Made by a program: the position numbers and the translations under genes. Shown here one piece after another: positions 34,093 through 49,165 of a stretch of 64,000 bases of DNA. The notes beneath the pieces are model-generated. The model searched no databases, was not told where the DNA came from, and saw nothing but the letters and a program-made list of their open reading frames with translations. The DNA comes from the human T2T-CHM13v2.0 reference genome, Homo sapiens. Numbering within the stretch: the stretch's first letter is position 1; every line of letters starts with the position of its first letter. The stretch is taken from the NCBI RefSeq assembly GCF_009914755.1, contig NC_060930.1, one strand, 5' to 3'.

Positions 34093-34575
34093 GACCAAGA
34101 AAACCCTAAATTTCCTTTGGCTTGACTAAACTTTAGATGAATTTCTTCCAGGTGCTAGACTCCTGACTTCCTTTTACTTAGAGCAATTACTTTAGAAAAC
34201 TTTCTGTTGTAAATTATTTCCCTGACTCTTTGAAAGACAGTACATTTTCCCCCAGTTTCTTGTCAACTTTACAACACAGAAATGTCTTTCTTGAGAAACT
34301 GGAAGCAATCTTTGTGGAAATCATCCCTGAAGGAGACAGCATCCCTACTTCCAGTCTCTGCTGGGTAGAAGCATAATTTCAATAAGCGGCAGTCAGCAAG
34401 CACAAGTGGTCTAATCGCATTGACCATCTATTCCCCTAACCTCCAGTACTTCCTCGCTAGCTTCCTCCTTTTCTTTCAGCAGGGTTGGGTTCAATATCTC
34501 TCCTCTATTGCAGTAGTCTTGAATAAAATCTTCCTTGCCTATTTAACTTGCTCGGAGCATTTTTCCTTTGATGTT
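34093..34575 (+). mobile_element. ERV1 solo LTR (MER67/MER31 group) inserted in a MIR
   Basis: gcttgactaaactttaga...actttagaaaactt...gtcttgaataaaatcttccttgcc. Confidence 0.7.
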
Positions 34576-35607
34576 GGTACATAGAAAATAAATAAATAAA
34601 TAATTTGTTATTATTACTATAGTAATATATTAAGTAATACGACACTTTTAATAAAAAGATCCCTAAAATCTTAACTTGTATTGTCATTGCTCTATAGCCT
34701 ATTTTTTAAAGAACCTTCTAGATTGAATGGGCTAAGTTAGAAGGTTATATTTAAGTCATTTCTTTAGTTTTTAATAAACGTATTTCAAAGTGAAAATGAC
34801 AAGGGCTAAAGCATATTGTGAGGTTTAGTGTTGTACTTAGTTCTATGAATTAAATGTCAGACCAAGAACATGAAATATGTACTAGATTTTTTCTTGGACT
34901 TTTTATTGTTTAAGGAAATAAATCAAAATTGCTACAATTAAACTGGAAAGAAAAGAGAATAAAGAGCAGAGATTAAAAGATGGTGTTGCAATTAAAGAAT
35001 TCCCTCTTTGAGGTTATTTTTCAGTCTACTTACCCTCGTGATTAAACCTGAAATCTCTCCTTTTTCTGCTATCCATTATCACTGGGGCTTAACACCTTTA
35101 TAGGACTTTGCACCCACCTTCCAAATCTTTTTCTGTACATTTGTCTTTTTTCCCACATTAGCATATGAACTTTTAAAGGTAAGGATTCTATTTTTCTAAC
35201 CTCCCAACTTCCTATACCTAGCTCTGTGCTTTGTGTATAATGGCCAATTATTATATATTGAATATACATTGAAAGACATGAAAAAGAAATGTTTGCTGAA
35301 AACTCAAGGAAAAAAGAGTCAACAATGTGATTGTTGTGATGATCAGTGAAGATCATCAAGAAAAATGCATACATTGTACAGACTACCCCGCAAAAAATGC
35401 TTCTCTGCAGCTGTATCCGTGCATCCCCAAAGCAAATGTCCACTGTTCAAACACTATGAAGGCATGAAGGTTTTAGGCTAATTGCAACCAAAATTACCAA
35501 CAGACACTACTTTACAGGGTAAGGAGAATTTGAGCAGGGGAAGCATTTAGGTAACAGACAAGGCAGATTACTTACAACATTCTGCCTTTTACATAAAATG
35601 ATTGCAA

Positions 35608-35919
<312 letters not shown>

Positions 35920-38138
35920 GATTGCAAAAGATCTTTACATTACAAAGTAGTGTTTCTAATTTTTACAAAGCATCTATTTTCTTATTTCTATTTCTATGCT
36001 AATTTTTAACTGCAGAGGCATTAGCTAATCCGAACAGTATTGAAATATTTGAATATTACAGGTAAAGAACATATTGCAATATTAAATGATCTTGTCCCTT
36101 TTATATATGTGTCGGGGAGGGGGGGTGGGATGGGGGTGCATGTGTGTATATCCAGACAGAACATAAGTGAAGCTGATGGTGACTTTTAAACATTGGCAAC
36201 TAGATGGACAATGAATACTAGAATTGCAAATTTTTTATTTTGCAGAGAAACATAATCAAACTTAACATTTTCAAAAAGTCAAATAGAAGAAAACAGCATT
36301 ATTTGATACTCAAATTCTAATAGATTATTTTGAATATTTGAGAACAAAAATACCTTATGATAATAATTTGAATATTTCAATTGTTTAATTTGATTTACAT
36401 ACTTGATAAAAATATATTTAAATTTTGTATTGCTTGGCTACATTTTTTCAATCCTTTAGATCATTGAGAATAAGTCAATAAAATAATAGAAATAAAACCT
36501 ACAAGAATAAGGCTATAGAAAATGACTGAAATTAAAAAGAGAAAAATTTTAAAGAGGCATCGTGTTTACATTTTAAAAACCAGAACCAATAAAAACAAGC
36601 AGCTTTTGGTAAGCATGGTCAATATGAAATTTAAGAATGGGCTTTACTAATTGTTTATTTAATGAATAGTTAATTGTTGATCACACAATGAAAATATACA
36701 AAAAAGGATTCTCGTTAACTTCACAACTCAACAAGGTCAGATTAAATCTGCAATGTCAACTTTTTTGCTAAAGGAAGAGATAATTTCCGGTAAAAATAAT
36801 CAGAATAAATGAGATAATTATTCATATCAAGTTCATAACTCAAAACAAACCAATGCGATTATGGCCTGTCCATTAGAAGATGAAGAAAATTTATGCCTCA
36901 AATCAGCAAATTACAAGTGGAACAACTGGTGTTATACCAGTTTGTTTGATGATGATCTGGGAAAAGAACTCTCTCCTTGTGACAGAGGAAGAATTTTTTT
37001 AGTAAATAAAATTAATGATTTTTCATTGGATAAACATGTAAGAAAATTTAGTATTTTAAAGTAATTTACTTCAATATTATTTCAAATGGAGAAAGTATAG
37101 AAATTGACTTTACATTCTAAGTTCAAACTTTCAATTTCCAAGCTCAAAGACAAAAAGCATCTAGCATAAGTACTAGTCAATATCAGTGACCGCATAGCTA
37201 GCTTCTAAATTCTATGTGGTTTGCAATACGTCCATTTCATGGATCTGAAAGCAGATTCAATTAGTTCAGGCAATCTGTCTAAGGTTCTGAAAATATATAT
37301 TTTCACAGAAAATATATATTTCTAAAAACGTTTAAGCCCAAGATCAAACTTTTCTTCTATGACCTTCATTAACTATCTGCTATTGTTTCAGAAATAAAAA
37401 TACTATGGTATGCATTTTAGTGGAATAAATCTTTCAAATGAGGGGGCTTCTTAAATGTTTGTGGTTATCTATAACACTAATATAAAGAAATAATATTTTC
37501 TTTAAAGTCAAAAGACCTGGCCTTGATGTTCTGACCTACCAATCAGTAACTGAGTGAACTTAGTTAAAATAACATTACTTTTTAAGCTCTACAAATTTTA
37601 TATAAGGGAATGCAGGATCTGCCTAATGTTTATCAAAACTAAACTGTTTCTGTTTTGAGAGGAGTTTTTAGGTATGATCCCTGCCCTATTCCCTCAAAAA
37701 CAATGTGATATTCTTTCTTGCACAGACGATTTAGGAATGCTGAGTTAAGCAAAGTTTATTAGAGATGTGTTGCTGTTGTTGTTTTAGCAATCTGGTTCTT
37801 ACAAAATTATTAGGCACATTATAAACCTCTAATAGGGCTAGAGCATGAAGCTTGTTTTTCAACTTTTTTCACTGCGAACCTTTTTTTGCCTGAAGCTTGT
37901 GATGTTATCATCTGGAAGAGAGTCCCTGAGAACATCAGATTTTAAAATTACTGTGTAGGAAAAAAGCATGGGCTTTGTAGACAGACTTGAGGACAATGGC
38001 CACTCTCTCAATTAGTAAAATTTCATTATCTTGAACAAGTTATTTATTCTTTTTGAGTCTATTTTCCTGATGTTATAAAATGGAGAAAATATATCAACAC
38101 CACAGAGTTGATGTGAGATTAAATGAGATAATGCAGGT

Positions 38139-38594
38139 ATGAGAGGCTAAATAATGCTTCACACCCCACCCAACAAGGATGTCCTTGCTCCTAATCCCCA
38201 GAAACTGAATATGTTACCTTACATTGCAAAAGGGGCTTTGTGGCTGTTATCAAGTTAAGGATCTCCAAAAGGTCCATATAAGAGGAAAGCAAGAGAGTCA
38301 GAGAGAAAGAAGCAAAATGACAATGGAGGCAAAGAGAGAGAGAGAGAGTGGAAGATGCTTCACTGCTGGCCTTACACACAGAGGGAAGGGACCATGAGCC
38401 AAGGAATCCAGGTGGCCTCTAAAAGCTGGACAAGGCATGGAAATGGACTCCCTACCAGAGCCTCCAGAAGGAACTCAGCCCTGCCAATACCTTCATTTTA
38501 GAACTTCTGATCTCCAGAATAGTAATACAATTGTGCTGTTTTAAGCCACTTAATTTGTAGTGATTTGTTACAGCAGCAATGGGAAAGTAAAACA
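38139..38594 (+). mobile_element. MLT1D-like MaLR LTR within a MIR
   Basis: ctaatccccagaaactgaatatgttaccttaca...gatttgttacagcagcaat. Confidence 0.82.
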
Positions 38595-39091
38595 ATAGGT
38601 AAATCTCTTGGCACGGGGCCAGTGAAACATGAAGAATAGTCATGTCTAACTTGAGAGTTCTGGTGGATGTCAAATGTGAACATATATTCAATAAATCTTT
38701 ATAACTCACAACGTGCTAAACAAATATTCGCTTTTATTGCATAGCTCAGGAAACTTGTCTCTCTGTAATTGAGGCCTAGGTACACAGAAGAAAATGATTT
38801 TAAAATGTCAACAATCAACAACTTGGAAAGTAAGTTGTCAACAATAAAACACGTTGGCAGCATAAAACAATTTAGAGGCACTCTTGCTTTCTGCGTGTAC
38901 TGATGACAGACGTGTAGTAAAGAATGTGGGAGCCAGAGTTCAAGGTTAACGTATATTGTGGAATTGAGAGGCAGGCCTGCATAGGTGGTGGTACTACTAT
39001 CTGAAAGTAGTAGGATAAACGGGCATTTACAGCAAATTTCTTTTCTTCAGACCTTCCTGTTCATAGCCAACAGGAGAATGATTGTGTTCTG

Positions 39092-39544
39092 TGTGAAAAA
39101 ACATTTTAATGGTCCATTTTCAAGGCAAGATAAATGTAGGTACTGACAGCCAGTACCTAGGTACTGTCACACGGCCCATGCACCTAGAAAGTCACAATAA
39201 GCAAGCAGGATGTAAAGGAGAGGTCAGCTCACTAAATGAAATAAAATGTCTTTATTGGTAAAACCAAAACTTAAGCGGGAAGGGGACCAGAATATGATCT
39301 TATAAGGGGATAATAAAACCTGGGCCACGTCCAGGAAGATTGCAACCCCATAGTATTCCACCAATAAGGAACTGGGGGAGGGACCTGCATGCTAGGAAAT
39401 CAATTACCTGCTGCAACTGTCCTGGATGTGCCTGCCTACCAGACACCCGATCTCGCAAGACCACCATTAAAAGTCTCACTTCCATTGTTCTTCCTGTCTC
39501 TAAGTCCATTCTTTTGGTTTGGACTGGTAAGTGTGTTTCTTGCA
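39092..39544 (+). mobile_element. ERVL solo LTR (LTR32-like)
   Basis: TG..CA ends, perfect 5-bp TSD ttctg, CCAAT box, ATTAAA signal; family from recalled consensus. Confidence 0.75.
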
Positions 39545-40845
39545 TTCTGGAAACAGAAAACTCAGCAATTGTCAGTCAAAGCATGAGCTCATGTGGCCAG
39601 CAACTGCCTGAAGATAAGTAAACACCATTCTATGATATTTACTATAAAATGGAGCTTCCGTCTCCCACAACTTCTCTTTCTGAAAAGAAAAAGAAAACGG
39701 AATTTCTAGAATTTAACACCTTGTTGAATTTCCTATACAGCTGGAGTATTCCTGAATTTAACTAAATCACTTTCTGGATAATGGCTTGTACTTGAATAGA
39801 TAATACTCCCAAACACTAAAAAATGTTTAATTTAAAAAACGATCTCAATTAGCCACGAGTCAGTTTTCCTAATATATGCTCTCAGATTTTTAATAAATAA
39901 TAAATAACTATAACTGACGGACTCTTATATGGTTAGTTTATGGAAATCATGTCAAATTTTACCTGGTTCCAGAAAACAAAATCACAGATTTTCAGAATGC
40001 AAGTTAGTTTTAATTCTGACCCTTTTTCAGAAACATAGACTTGATTTCACAGAAACATCCTAACACATTTTACTTCAAAGATAGTTAAAAGGTGCTTTTC
40101 TTTTCTCCTTCTCAGTTTTCTTCTCCCTTCAAACCAGAAAGCCAGAAAGAAGGAAGATGCTGTAGCAGGGATGGTATTGGACATATAAGTGAAATAACCA
40201 TTCCAGTTACTTTTATTTCCATTTTCAGGTCCACTGCAGACACATGTCAATTAAAATTCTTTGCCTAGCACCCTCCAGAGAAAACAGAAGTTTGTATACA
40301 GTTTTGAATGTCTAGTAGTAGCATATGGACACTGAGAATGTGCAAAAAGAAAAAAAAGAAAGAAGGATAGAAATAAAAGAATGAAGAAAGAAGGAAGGAA
40401 GGAAAGAAAGACGGACCAAAATAAAATAAATATCAAAAATATATATTAAGACTTTGACACAAGATTATAGATCATGGAATGGAGGAAGATGGCTGAATAG
40501 AAGCCTGCACTGATTGTCCCTGCTGCAGAAACACCAGAGGTTAACAACTAAATCCACACACAAAAAGCACCATCATAAGAACCAAAAATCAGGTGAGCAA
40601 TCAAAGTACCTGCTATTAATGTCCATACCATTGAAAGAGGCATTAAAGAAGGAAGGAAAGACAGTCTTGAATGGTCAACGCCACCCTTCCCTTGTTCCCC
40701 TAGTAGCACCAGGTGCTACTAGGTGGTATGGAGAATCTGGCACTTGAAGGAGGGAGAACACAGTGAACTGGGGACTTGGCATTGAACTCAGTGCTGCCCT
40801 GTCACAGTAGAGTAAAGCCATGCTGGGCTTTGAAAAAGAGTCTAA

Positions 40846-41192
<347 letters not shown>

Positions 41193-44100
41193 TTAGCCCT
41201 GGGCTTGGCCTATAGTCAGTGGACTAGGGTAGCACATGACCTAAGGAGACACCAGCAGGGGCAGCTAAGAGAGCGACTGTGCCACATCTCCCCCAGTCCT
41301 AGGCAGCACAACTAGCAGCAACAAAAGTGACTCCTTCCTTCTGCTTGAGGAGAGGAGAACAAAAAGTAAAGAAGACTCTGTTTTGCGTCTTGAATAACAG
41401 CTCAGCCACAATGTAACAGGCCACCGGGCAGAGTCGTGAGGCCCCCATCCTAGACCGTAGCTCCCAGGTGACTTTTCTAGACACAGCCTGGTCCAGAAGG
41501 GAATTCACTGCATTAAAGGGAAGAAACCAATCCTGGCAGGATTCATAACCTGCTGACCAAAGGGCCCGTGAGCCCTGAATAACCAACTGTGATATTCAGG
41601 TAGTACATCGTGGGCCTTGGGTGAGACTCTGAGACAGACTGGCTTCAGGTGTGACCCCGCATATTCCCAGCTGTGATGGCTATGAGGTGACTCCCATTGC
41701 TTCAGAAAAGCAAAGGGGAAAGTAAAGGGGACTTCGTCTTGCATCTTAGATGCCAGCTCAGCCACAGAGGGATAGAGCACCAAGCAGGCTCTCAGGATCA
41801 CTGCATCCAGGTCTAGGTTCTTGGACAGCATTTTTGGACTTGCCCTGGGCAAGAAAGGAGCCCACTGTCCTGAAGGATGAGACCCAGGCCTGGCAGCATT
41901 CACCACAATCTCACTGAAGAGTGCTTGGGCTTTAAGTGAACATGGACGGTGGCCTGGCAAAATTCCCCATGGAGTGGTGGTGGTGATGGTCACTAGGAGA
42001 TGCTGCTCTTCCTGTGGAAAGGGGAGAGAAGAGCAAGAAGGACTTTGTCTTGATGTGTCAGTGCAAGCTTACCACAGTAGAATAGAGCACCCAGGTAGAT
42101 AGCTAAGGTTTTTTTCTCTAGCTCCTGGATCCCAGATAATACCTCTGTACCTGTCTGGGGCTTGAGGGAACTCACCGCCCTGAAGGGAAGGACACAACCA
42201 GGCTGGCTACCTCACATGCTGACTGTAGAGCCCTAGGGCCATGAGTGAACACAGACTATCAACAGATAATGGTTACAGCGGGCCTTGAGTGAGACCCAGG
42301 GCTGTGCTGGCTTCAGATCTGACTCAGTGTGGTCCCACTGGTGGTGGCTACAGGTGTGCCTATGTCACCCCATGTGCAGCTCTAGGTGGATCAGCACAGA
42401 GATTCTTTTTTATTTGGGAAAAAGTAATAGAAGAGAACAAGAGTCTCTGCCTGGTAATCCTGAGAATGCTCCTAGATCTTATCCCAAACCACTAAGGTGG
42501 TATCTCTATGAGTCTACAAGAACCACTGCATTATTAGAATTGATGCTCAAGTCCCTTGAAATACCTGCAAAGCCTTCACAAGAAAGATAGACACAAACAA
42601 GCCCAGACAGTGCTTACAATAAATATCTAACTCTTCAATACCCAGAAAATGACAAACCTCCGTAAGTGTTAAGACTATACAGGAAAAAAATGACCTCAAC
42701 AAACAAACTAAATAAGGCACCAAGGACCAATCTGGAAAAACAGAGATATGTGTCCTTCCAGACAGAGAATTCAAAATAGCTGTTTTAAGGAAATTCAAAG
42801 AAATTCAAAATAGTACAGAGAAGGAATTCTGAATACTATGAGATAAATTTTTTAAAAGTTTGAAATAATTTAAAAGAACCAAGCAGAAATTCTAGAGTTG
42901 AAAAATGCAATTGACATACAAAAGAATGCATCATAGTCTCTCAATAGCAAAATTGATCAAGGAGAAGGAAGAATTAGTGAGTTTGAAGACACGGTCAGAG
43001 GAGAAAATTTATGGACAGAGGAGAAAAAAAAGAATAAAAGGAAATAAAGCATGCCTACAGCATCTAGAAAATAGCCTCAAAAGGTAAAATCTAAGAGTTA
43101 TTGGTCTTAAAGAGGACATAGAGAAAGAGATGGCAGTAGAAAATTTGTTCAAAGCAATCATAACAGAGAACGTCCCAAACCTAGAGAACAATATTAGTAT
43201 TCAAGTACAAGAAGGCTATAGAACACCAAACAGATTGAACCCAAAGACGACTACCTCAAGGCATTTAATAATCAAACTCCAAAAGTTTAAGGATAAAGAA
43301 AGGATCTTAAAAGCAGCAAGATAAAAGAAACAAATAACATCTAATGGAGCACCAATATGCCTGCCAGCAGGCTTTTCAGAGGAGACTTTACAGGCCAGGA
43401 GAGAGTGGCATGACATATTTAAAGTGCTGAGGCAAAAAACTTTTATCCCAGAATAGATTATCCAGTGAAAATAACCTTTAAGCATGAGGAGAAATAAAGA
43501 CCTTTTCAGACAGACAAAAGCTGAGGGATTTTATCAACACCAGACATGTACTACAAGAAATGCTAAAGGGAATACTTTGATCTGAAAGAAAACGATGTTA
43601 ATGAGCAAGAAGAAATCATGTGAGGGTAAAAAAAAAAAAAAACTCACTGGTAATAGTAAGTACACAGAAAAATACAAAATATTATAACACTGTAACTGTG
43701 GTATGTAAACTACTCTTACCTTAAGCAAGAAGACTGAACAATGAACCAATCAAAAATAATAACTACCATGACTTTCAAGACTCAGTAGAATAAGACATTA
43801 AAAGAAAAAAAAATTATAAAGCAGAGAGACAAAATTAGAGTCACTCTTAGTTTTTTTTTTTTTTAGTGTCTGTATGTTTCTCTATGCAGTTAGTGTTAAG
43901 TTGACATCAATTTCAAATAATGAGTTATAGGATAGTATGTGCAAGCCTCATGGAAACTTCAAATCAAAACATGTACAACAAATGCACCAAAAAATAAAAA
44001 GCAGGAAATTAAATCATACCACCAGAGAAAATCACCTTCACCAAAAGAAGACAGGAAGAAAGGAAAGAAGGAAGAGAAGACCCCAGAATAACCAGAAGAC

Positions 44101-44525
44101 AAATAACAAAATGGCAGGAGTAAGTCCTTAATTATTAATAACATTGAATGTAAATGGACCAAACTTTCTAATCAAAAGATGTGCAATGACTGAATCAGTA
44201 AAAAAGCAAGACCCAATGATCTGTTGCCCCCACCCACCCCCACACACAAACATGCTTCACCTATAAAGATACATGTACACTAAAAATAAAAGCATGGAAA
44301 AAGATATTTCATGCCAATGAAAACCAAAAAATACCAGGAATAGCTATACTTATATCAAACAAAATAGATTTCAAGACAAAAACTGTAAGAAGAGACAAAG
44401 AAGGCCATTATATAATGATAAATGGGAAAATTCAGGAAAAGGATATAAAAATATAAATATATATGCACCCAATGCTGAAGCACCCAGATATATAAAGCAA
44501 ATATTATTAGAGCTAAAGACAGAGA

Positions 44526-44927
<402 letters not shown>

Positions 44928-45535
44928 CTACTTAGTCTGCAATATAGAACAAATGAACCTAACAGATATTTACAGAACATTTCATCCAACGGTTGCAGAA
45001 CACACATTTTTTTCCTCAGCACATGGATCATTTTCAAGGATAGACCATATTTTAGGTCATAAAACAAGTCTTAAAACATTCAAAAAAACGAAATAGTATC
45101 AAGTATCTTCTCTGACCACAATGGAATACAACTAGAAATCAATAACAAGAGGAATTTTGGAAACTATACAAACACATGTGTATCTGTTCCTGGATAACCA
45201 ATGGGTAAATAAAGAAATTGAAAAATTTCTTGAAACGAATGATAATGGAAAGACAACAAACCAGAACCTGTGGAATACAGCAAAAGCAGTACTAAGAGGA
45301 AAATTTACAGCTATAAGTGCTTACATCAAGAAAGAAGAAAACCTTCAAATAAATAACCTAATGATGCATCTGAAAGAACTGGGAAAGCAAGAGCAAACCA
45401 AACCCAAAATTATAGAAAAAAGAAAAGAAATAAAATTCAGAACAGAAACAAACGAAGTTAAAAGAAGAAAACCAGATAAAAGATCAACAAAACAAAAAGT
45501 TGTGTTTTTAAACAGATAAAATTGACAAAGCTTTT

Positions 45536-46021
45536 CTTCCATAAAGACACATGCACGTGATTGTTCATTGAAGCACTGTTCACAATGGCAAAGACATGGA
45601 ATCAACCTAAATGCCCATCAATAACAGATTGAATAAAGAAAATATGGTACATATATATCACAGAATATTATGCAGCCATAAAAAAAGATTATATCTTTTG
45701 GGGGAAGATGGATGGAGCTGGAAGTCATTATTCTCAGAAAACCAATGTAGGAACAGAAAACCAAATATCACATGTTCTTACTTATAAATGGGAGTTAAAT
45801 GATGAGAACTTATGAAAACAAAGAAGGAAACAACAGACCCTGGGGTGTACTTGAGGGAGGAGAGTGGGAGGAGGGAGAGGAGAAGAAAAGATAACTATTG
45901 GATACTGGGCTTAATGCCTAGGTGATGAAATAATCTGTACAACAAACCACTGTGGCACGAGATGAACTATGTAAAAAACTTTCACATGTACCCTCAAACC
46001 CAAAATAAATGTTAAAAAAAA
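45536..46021 (+). mobile_element. L1PA13-16-like 3' fragment nested in L1MA2 ORF2
   Basis: aaagataactattgg...gtgatgaaataatctgtacaacaaacc 3' UTR; host ORF2 resumes afterwards. Confidence 0.85.
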
Positions 46022-46878
46022 TAAGAGACAAGACCCAAATTTTAAAAATCAGAAATGAAAAAGGTGACATTACAACTGATAACACAGAAATTTAAAGGAT
46101 AATTAGTGGCTACTATGAGTGACTATATGCCAATAAATTGGAAGATTCAGAGGATGTAGATAAATTTCTAGGCATATACAATATACCAAGATTGAACCAT
46201 GAAGAAATTCAAAACATAAACACACCAATGATAAGTAACAAGATCAAAGCAATAGCATAAATTCCCCCAGCAAGGAAAAGCCTGGGACCTGATGGCTTCA
46301 CTGCTGAATTCTACCATACATTTAAAGAAGAACTAATCCCGATCCTACTCAAACTATTCCAAAAGTAAAGGAGGAGGGAATACTTCCAAACTCATTCTGT
46401 GAGGCCAGGATAACCCTGATACCAAAACCAGACAAAGATACCTTTAAAAAACAAAACTACAGGCCAACGAATTCATACAGCTAAAATAAACTCATTTTTG
46501 ATAAATGTGCCACGAACACACACTGAGAAACACAATCTCTTCAAATATGGCACGGGGAACACTGTAAATCCATCTGCAGAATAATGAAACTAGACCCCTA
46601 GTTTTCAACATCTACAAAAATCAAATCAAAATAGATTAATCATTAAATCTAAGACCTCAAACTACGAACTACTAAAAGAAAACACTGGGGAAAATCTCCA
46701 GCAGTTTGGTCTAGGCAAAAATTTCTTGAGTAATACATCACAAGCACAGACAGTCAAAGCAAAAATGGACAAATGGATCACATCAAGCTAAAAAGCTTCT
46801 GCACAGTAAAGGATACAACCAACAAAGTGAAGAGAATGGGAGAACCCACACAATGGGAGAAAATATTGGCAAACTACC

Positions 46879-49165
46879 TGATATGGTTTGGCTCTGTGTC
46901 CCCACCCAAATCTCCTTTTGAATTGTACTCCCATAATTCCCACATGTTGTGGGAAGGGCCTAGTGTGCGATAATTTGAATCATGAGGGCAGTGTTCTCCA
47001 TACTCTTCTCCTGGTAGTGAATAAGTCTAATGAGATCTGATGGTTTTTTCAGGGGTTTCCACTTTTGCATCTTTCTCATTTTCTCTTGCCACTGCCATAT
47101 AAGAAGTGCCTTTCACCTTCATGATTCTGATGCCTCCCCAGAGTCTGATTCTGAATGCCTCCCCAGCCATGTAGAACTGTTAAGTCCAATTAAACCTCTT
47201 TTTCTTCCCAGTCTTGGGTATGTTTTTATCAGTAGCATGAAAATGGACTAATACAGTAAATTGGTACCAATAGAGTGGGCCATTGCTGAAAAGGTACCCT
47301 AAAATGTGGAAGCGACTTTGGAACTGGGTAACAGGCAGAGGTTGGAACAGTTCGGAGGGCTCAGAGGAAGATAAGAGAATGCAGGAAAGTTTAAAACTTC
47401 CTGCAGACTTGTTGAATGGCTTTGCTGAAAATGCTGATAGTGATATGAACAATAAGGTAGAGGCTGAGGTGGTCTCAGATGGAGATAAAGAACTTTTTGG
47501 GAACTGGAGCAAAGGTGACTCTTGTTATATTTTAGCAAAGAGACTAGCAGCATTTTGCCTGGAGATTTGTGGAACTTTAAACTTGAGAGAGATGATTTAC
47601 GGCATCTGGCAGAAGAAATTTCTAAGCAGCAAAGTGTTCAAAATGTGGCTTGGGTGCTGTTAAAGGCATTCAGTTTTATAAGGGAAGCAGAGCATAAAAA
47701 TTTGGAAAATTTGCAGCCTGACTATGCAATAGAAAAGAAAAACCCATTTTCTGGGGAGAAATTCAAGCTGGCTGCAGAAATTTGCATAAGTAGCAAGTAG
47801 CCAAATGTTATTCCCCCTGAGACCATGGGGAAAATGCCTCCAGGCCATGTCAGAGACCTTCATGGCATCCCTCCCATCACAGGCCCAGAGACCCAGGAGG
47901 AAAAAGTGGTTTCATGGGCTAGGGCCAGGGTTCCCTTGCTGTGTGCAGTCTAGGGACTCGGTGCCCTGCATCCCAGCTGCTCCAGCTGTGGTTTAAAGGG
48001 GCCAATGTAGATCTGAGGCTGTGGCTTCAAACGGTGCAAGTCCCAAGCCTTGGAAGCTTCCACATGGTGTTGAGCCTGCAGGTACACAGAAGTCAAGAAT
48101 TGAGGTTTGGGAACCTCTGCCTAGATTTCAGAAGACTCATGGAAATGCCTGGATTCCCAGGCAAAAGTTTGCTGCAGCAGCAGGGCCCTCACAGAGAACC
48201 TCTGCTAGGGCAGTGCAGAAGGGAAATGTGGGGTCAGAGACCCCACACAGAGTCCCTACTGGGGCATCACCTAGTGGAGCTGTGAGAAGAGGGCCACTGC
48301 CCTCTAGACCCCAGAATGGTAGATCCACCACTAACAGCTTGCACTGTGTGCCTGCAAAAGCTGCAGACACTCAACACCAGCCTCTGAAAGAAGCTGGGAG
48401 GGAGGCTGCAAAGCCACAGGGGTAGAGCTGCCTAAGACTATGGGAACCCACCTCTTGCATCTGGATGTGAGACCTGGAGTCGAAGGAGATCATTTTGGAG
48501 CTTTAAAATTTGACTGCCCCACTGGTTTGGACTTGCATGAGCTCTGTAACCCTTTGGTTTGGCCAATTTCTACCATTTGTAATGGCTGTATTTACCCAAT
48601 ACCTGTACTCCCATTGTATCTAGGAAGTAACTGTCTTGCTTTTGATTTTACAGGCTCACAGGTGGAAGAGACTTGCTTTGTCTCAAATAAGACTTGGACT
48701 GTGGTCTTTTGGGTTAATACCGAAATGAGTTCAGACTTTTGGGGACTGTTGGGAAGGCATGATTGGTTTTGAAATGTGAGGACATGAGATTTGGAGGGGC
48801 CAAGGGCAGGATGACATGGTTTGACTCATTGTCCCCCAACAGATCTCACCTTGAATTGTACTCCCATAATTCCCACATGTTGTGGGAGGGACCCTGTGGG
48901 AGATAATCTGAATCATGGGGGCAGTTTTCCCATACTGTTCTCTTGGTAGTGAGTAAGTCTCATGAGATCTGATGGTTTTATCAGGGGTTTCCACTTTTGC
49001 ATCTTCCTCATTTTCTCTTGCCCCTGCCATTTAAGAAGTGCCTTTCTCCTCCCACCATGATTATGGGGCCTCCCCAGCCATGTGGAACTGTGAGTCCAAT
49101 TAAACCTCTTTTTCTTCCCAGTCTTGGGTTTGTCTTTATTACTAGCATGAAAACAGACTAATACA
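46879..49165 (+). mobile_element. Full-length THE1A MaLR (LTR 46879-47255, internal region, LTR 48812-49165)
   Basis: Two direct LTRs tga(t/c)atggtttg...actaataca; TSD ctacc/ctaac; MaLR ORF remnant MWKRLWNWVTGRGWNS. Confidence 0.95.

Noticed and set aside
35069-35443. 124-aa minus-strand ORF
   Set aside because: Non-ATG start, runs through an L2-like remnant, no recognisable homology
36861-37064. 67-aa ATG ORF MACPLEDEEN
   Set aside because: No promoter, splice context or homolog recognised; length expected by chance
47283-48772. Cluster of ORFs up to 134 aa
   Set aside because: Fragments of the THE1 internal region, not a host gene
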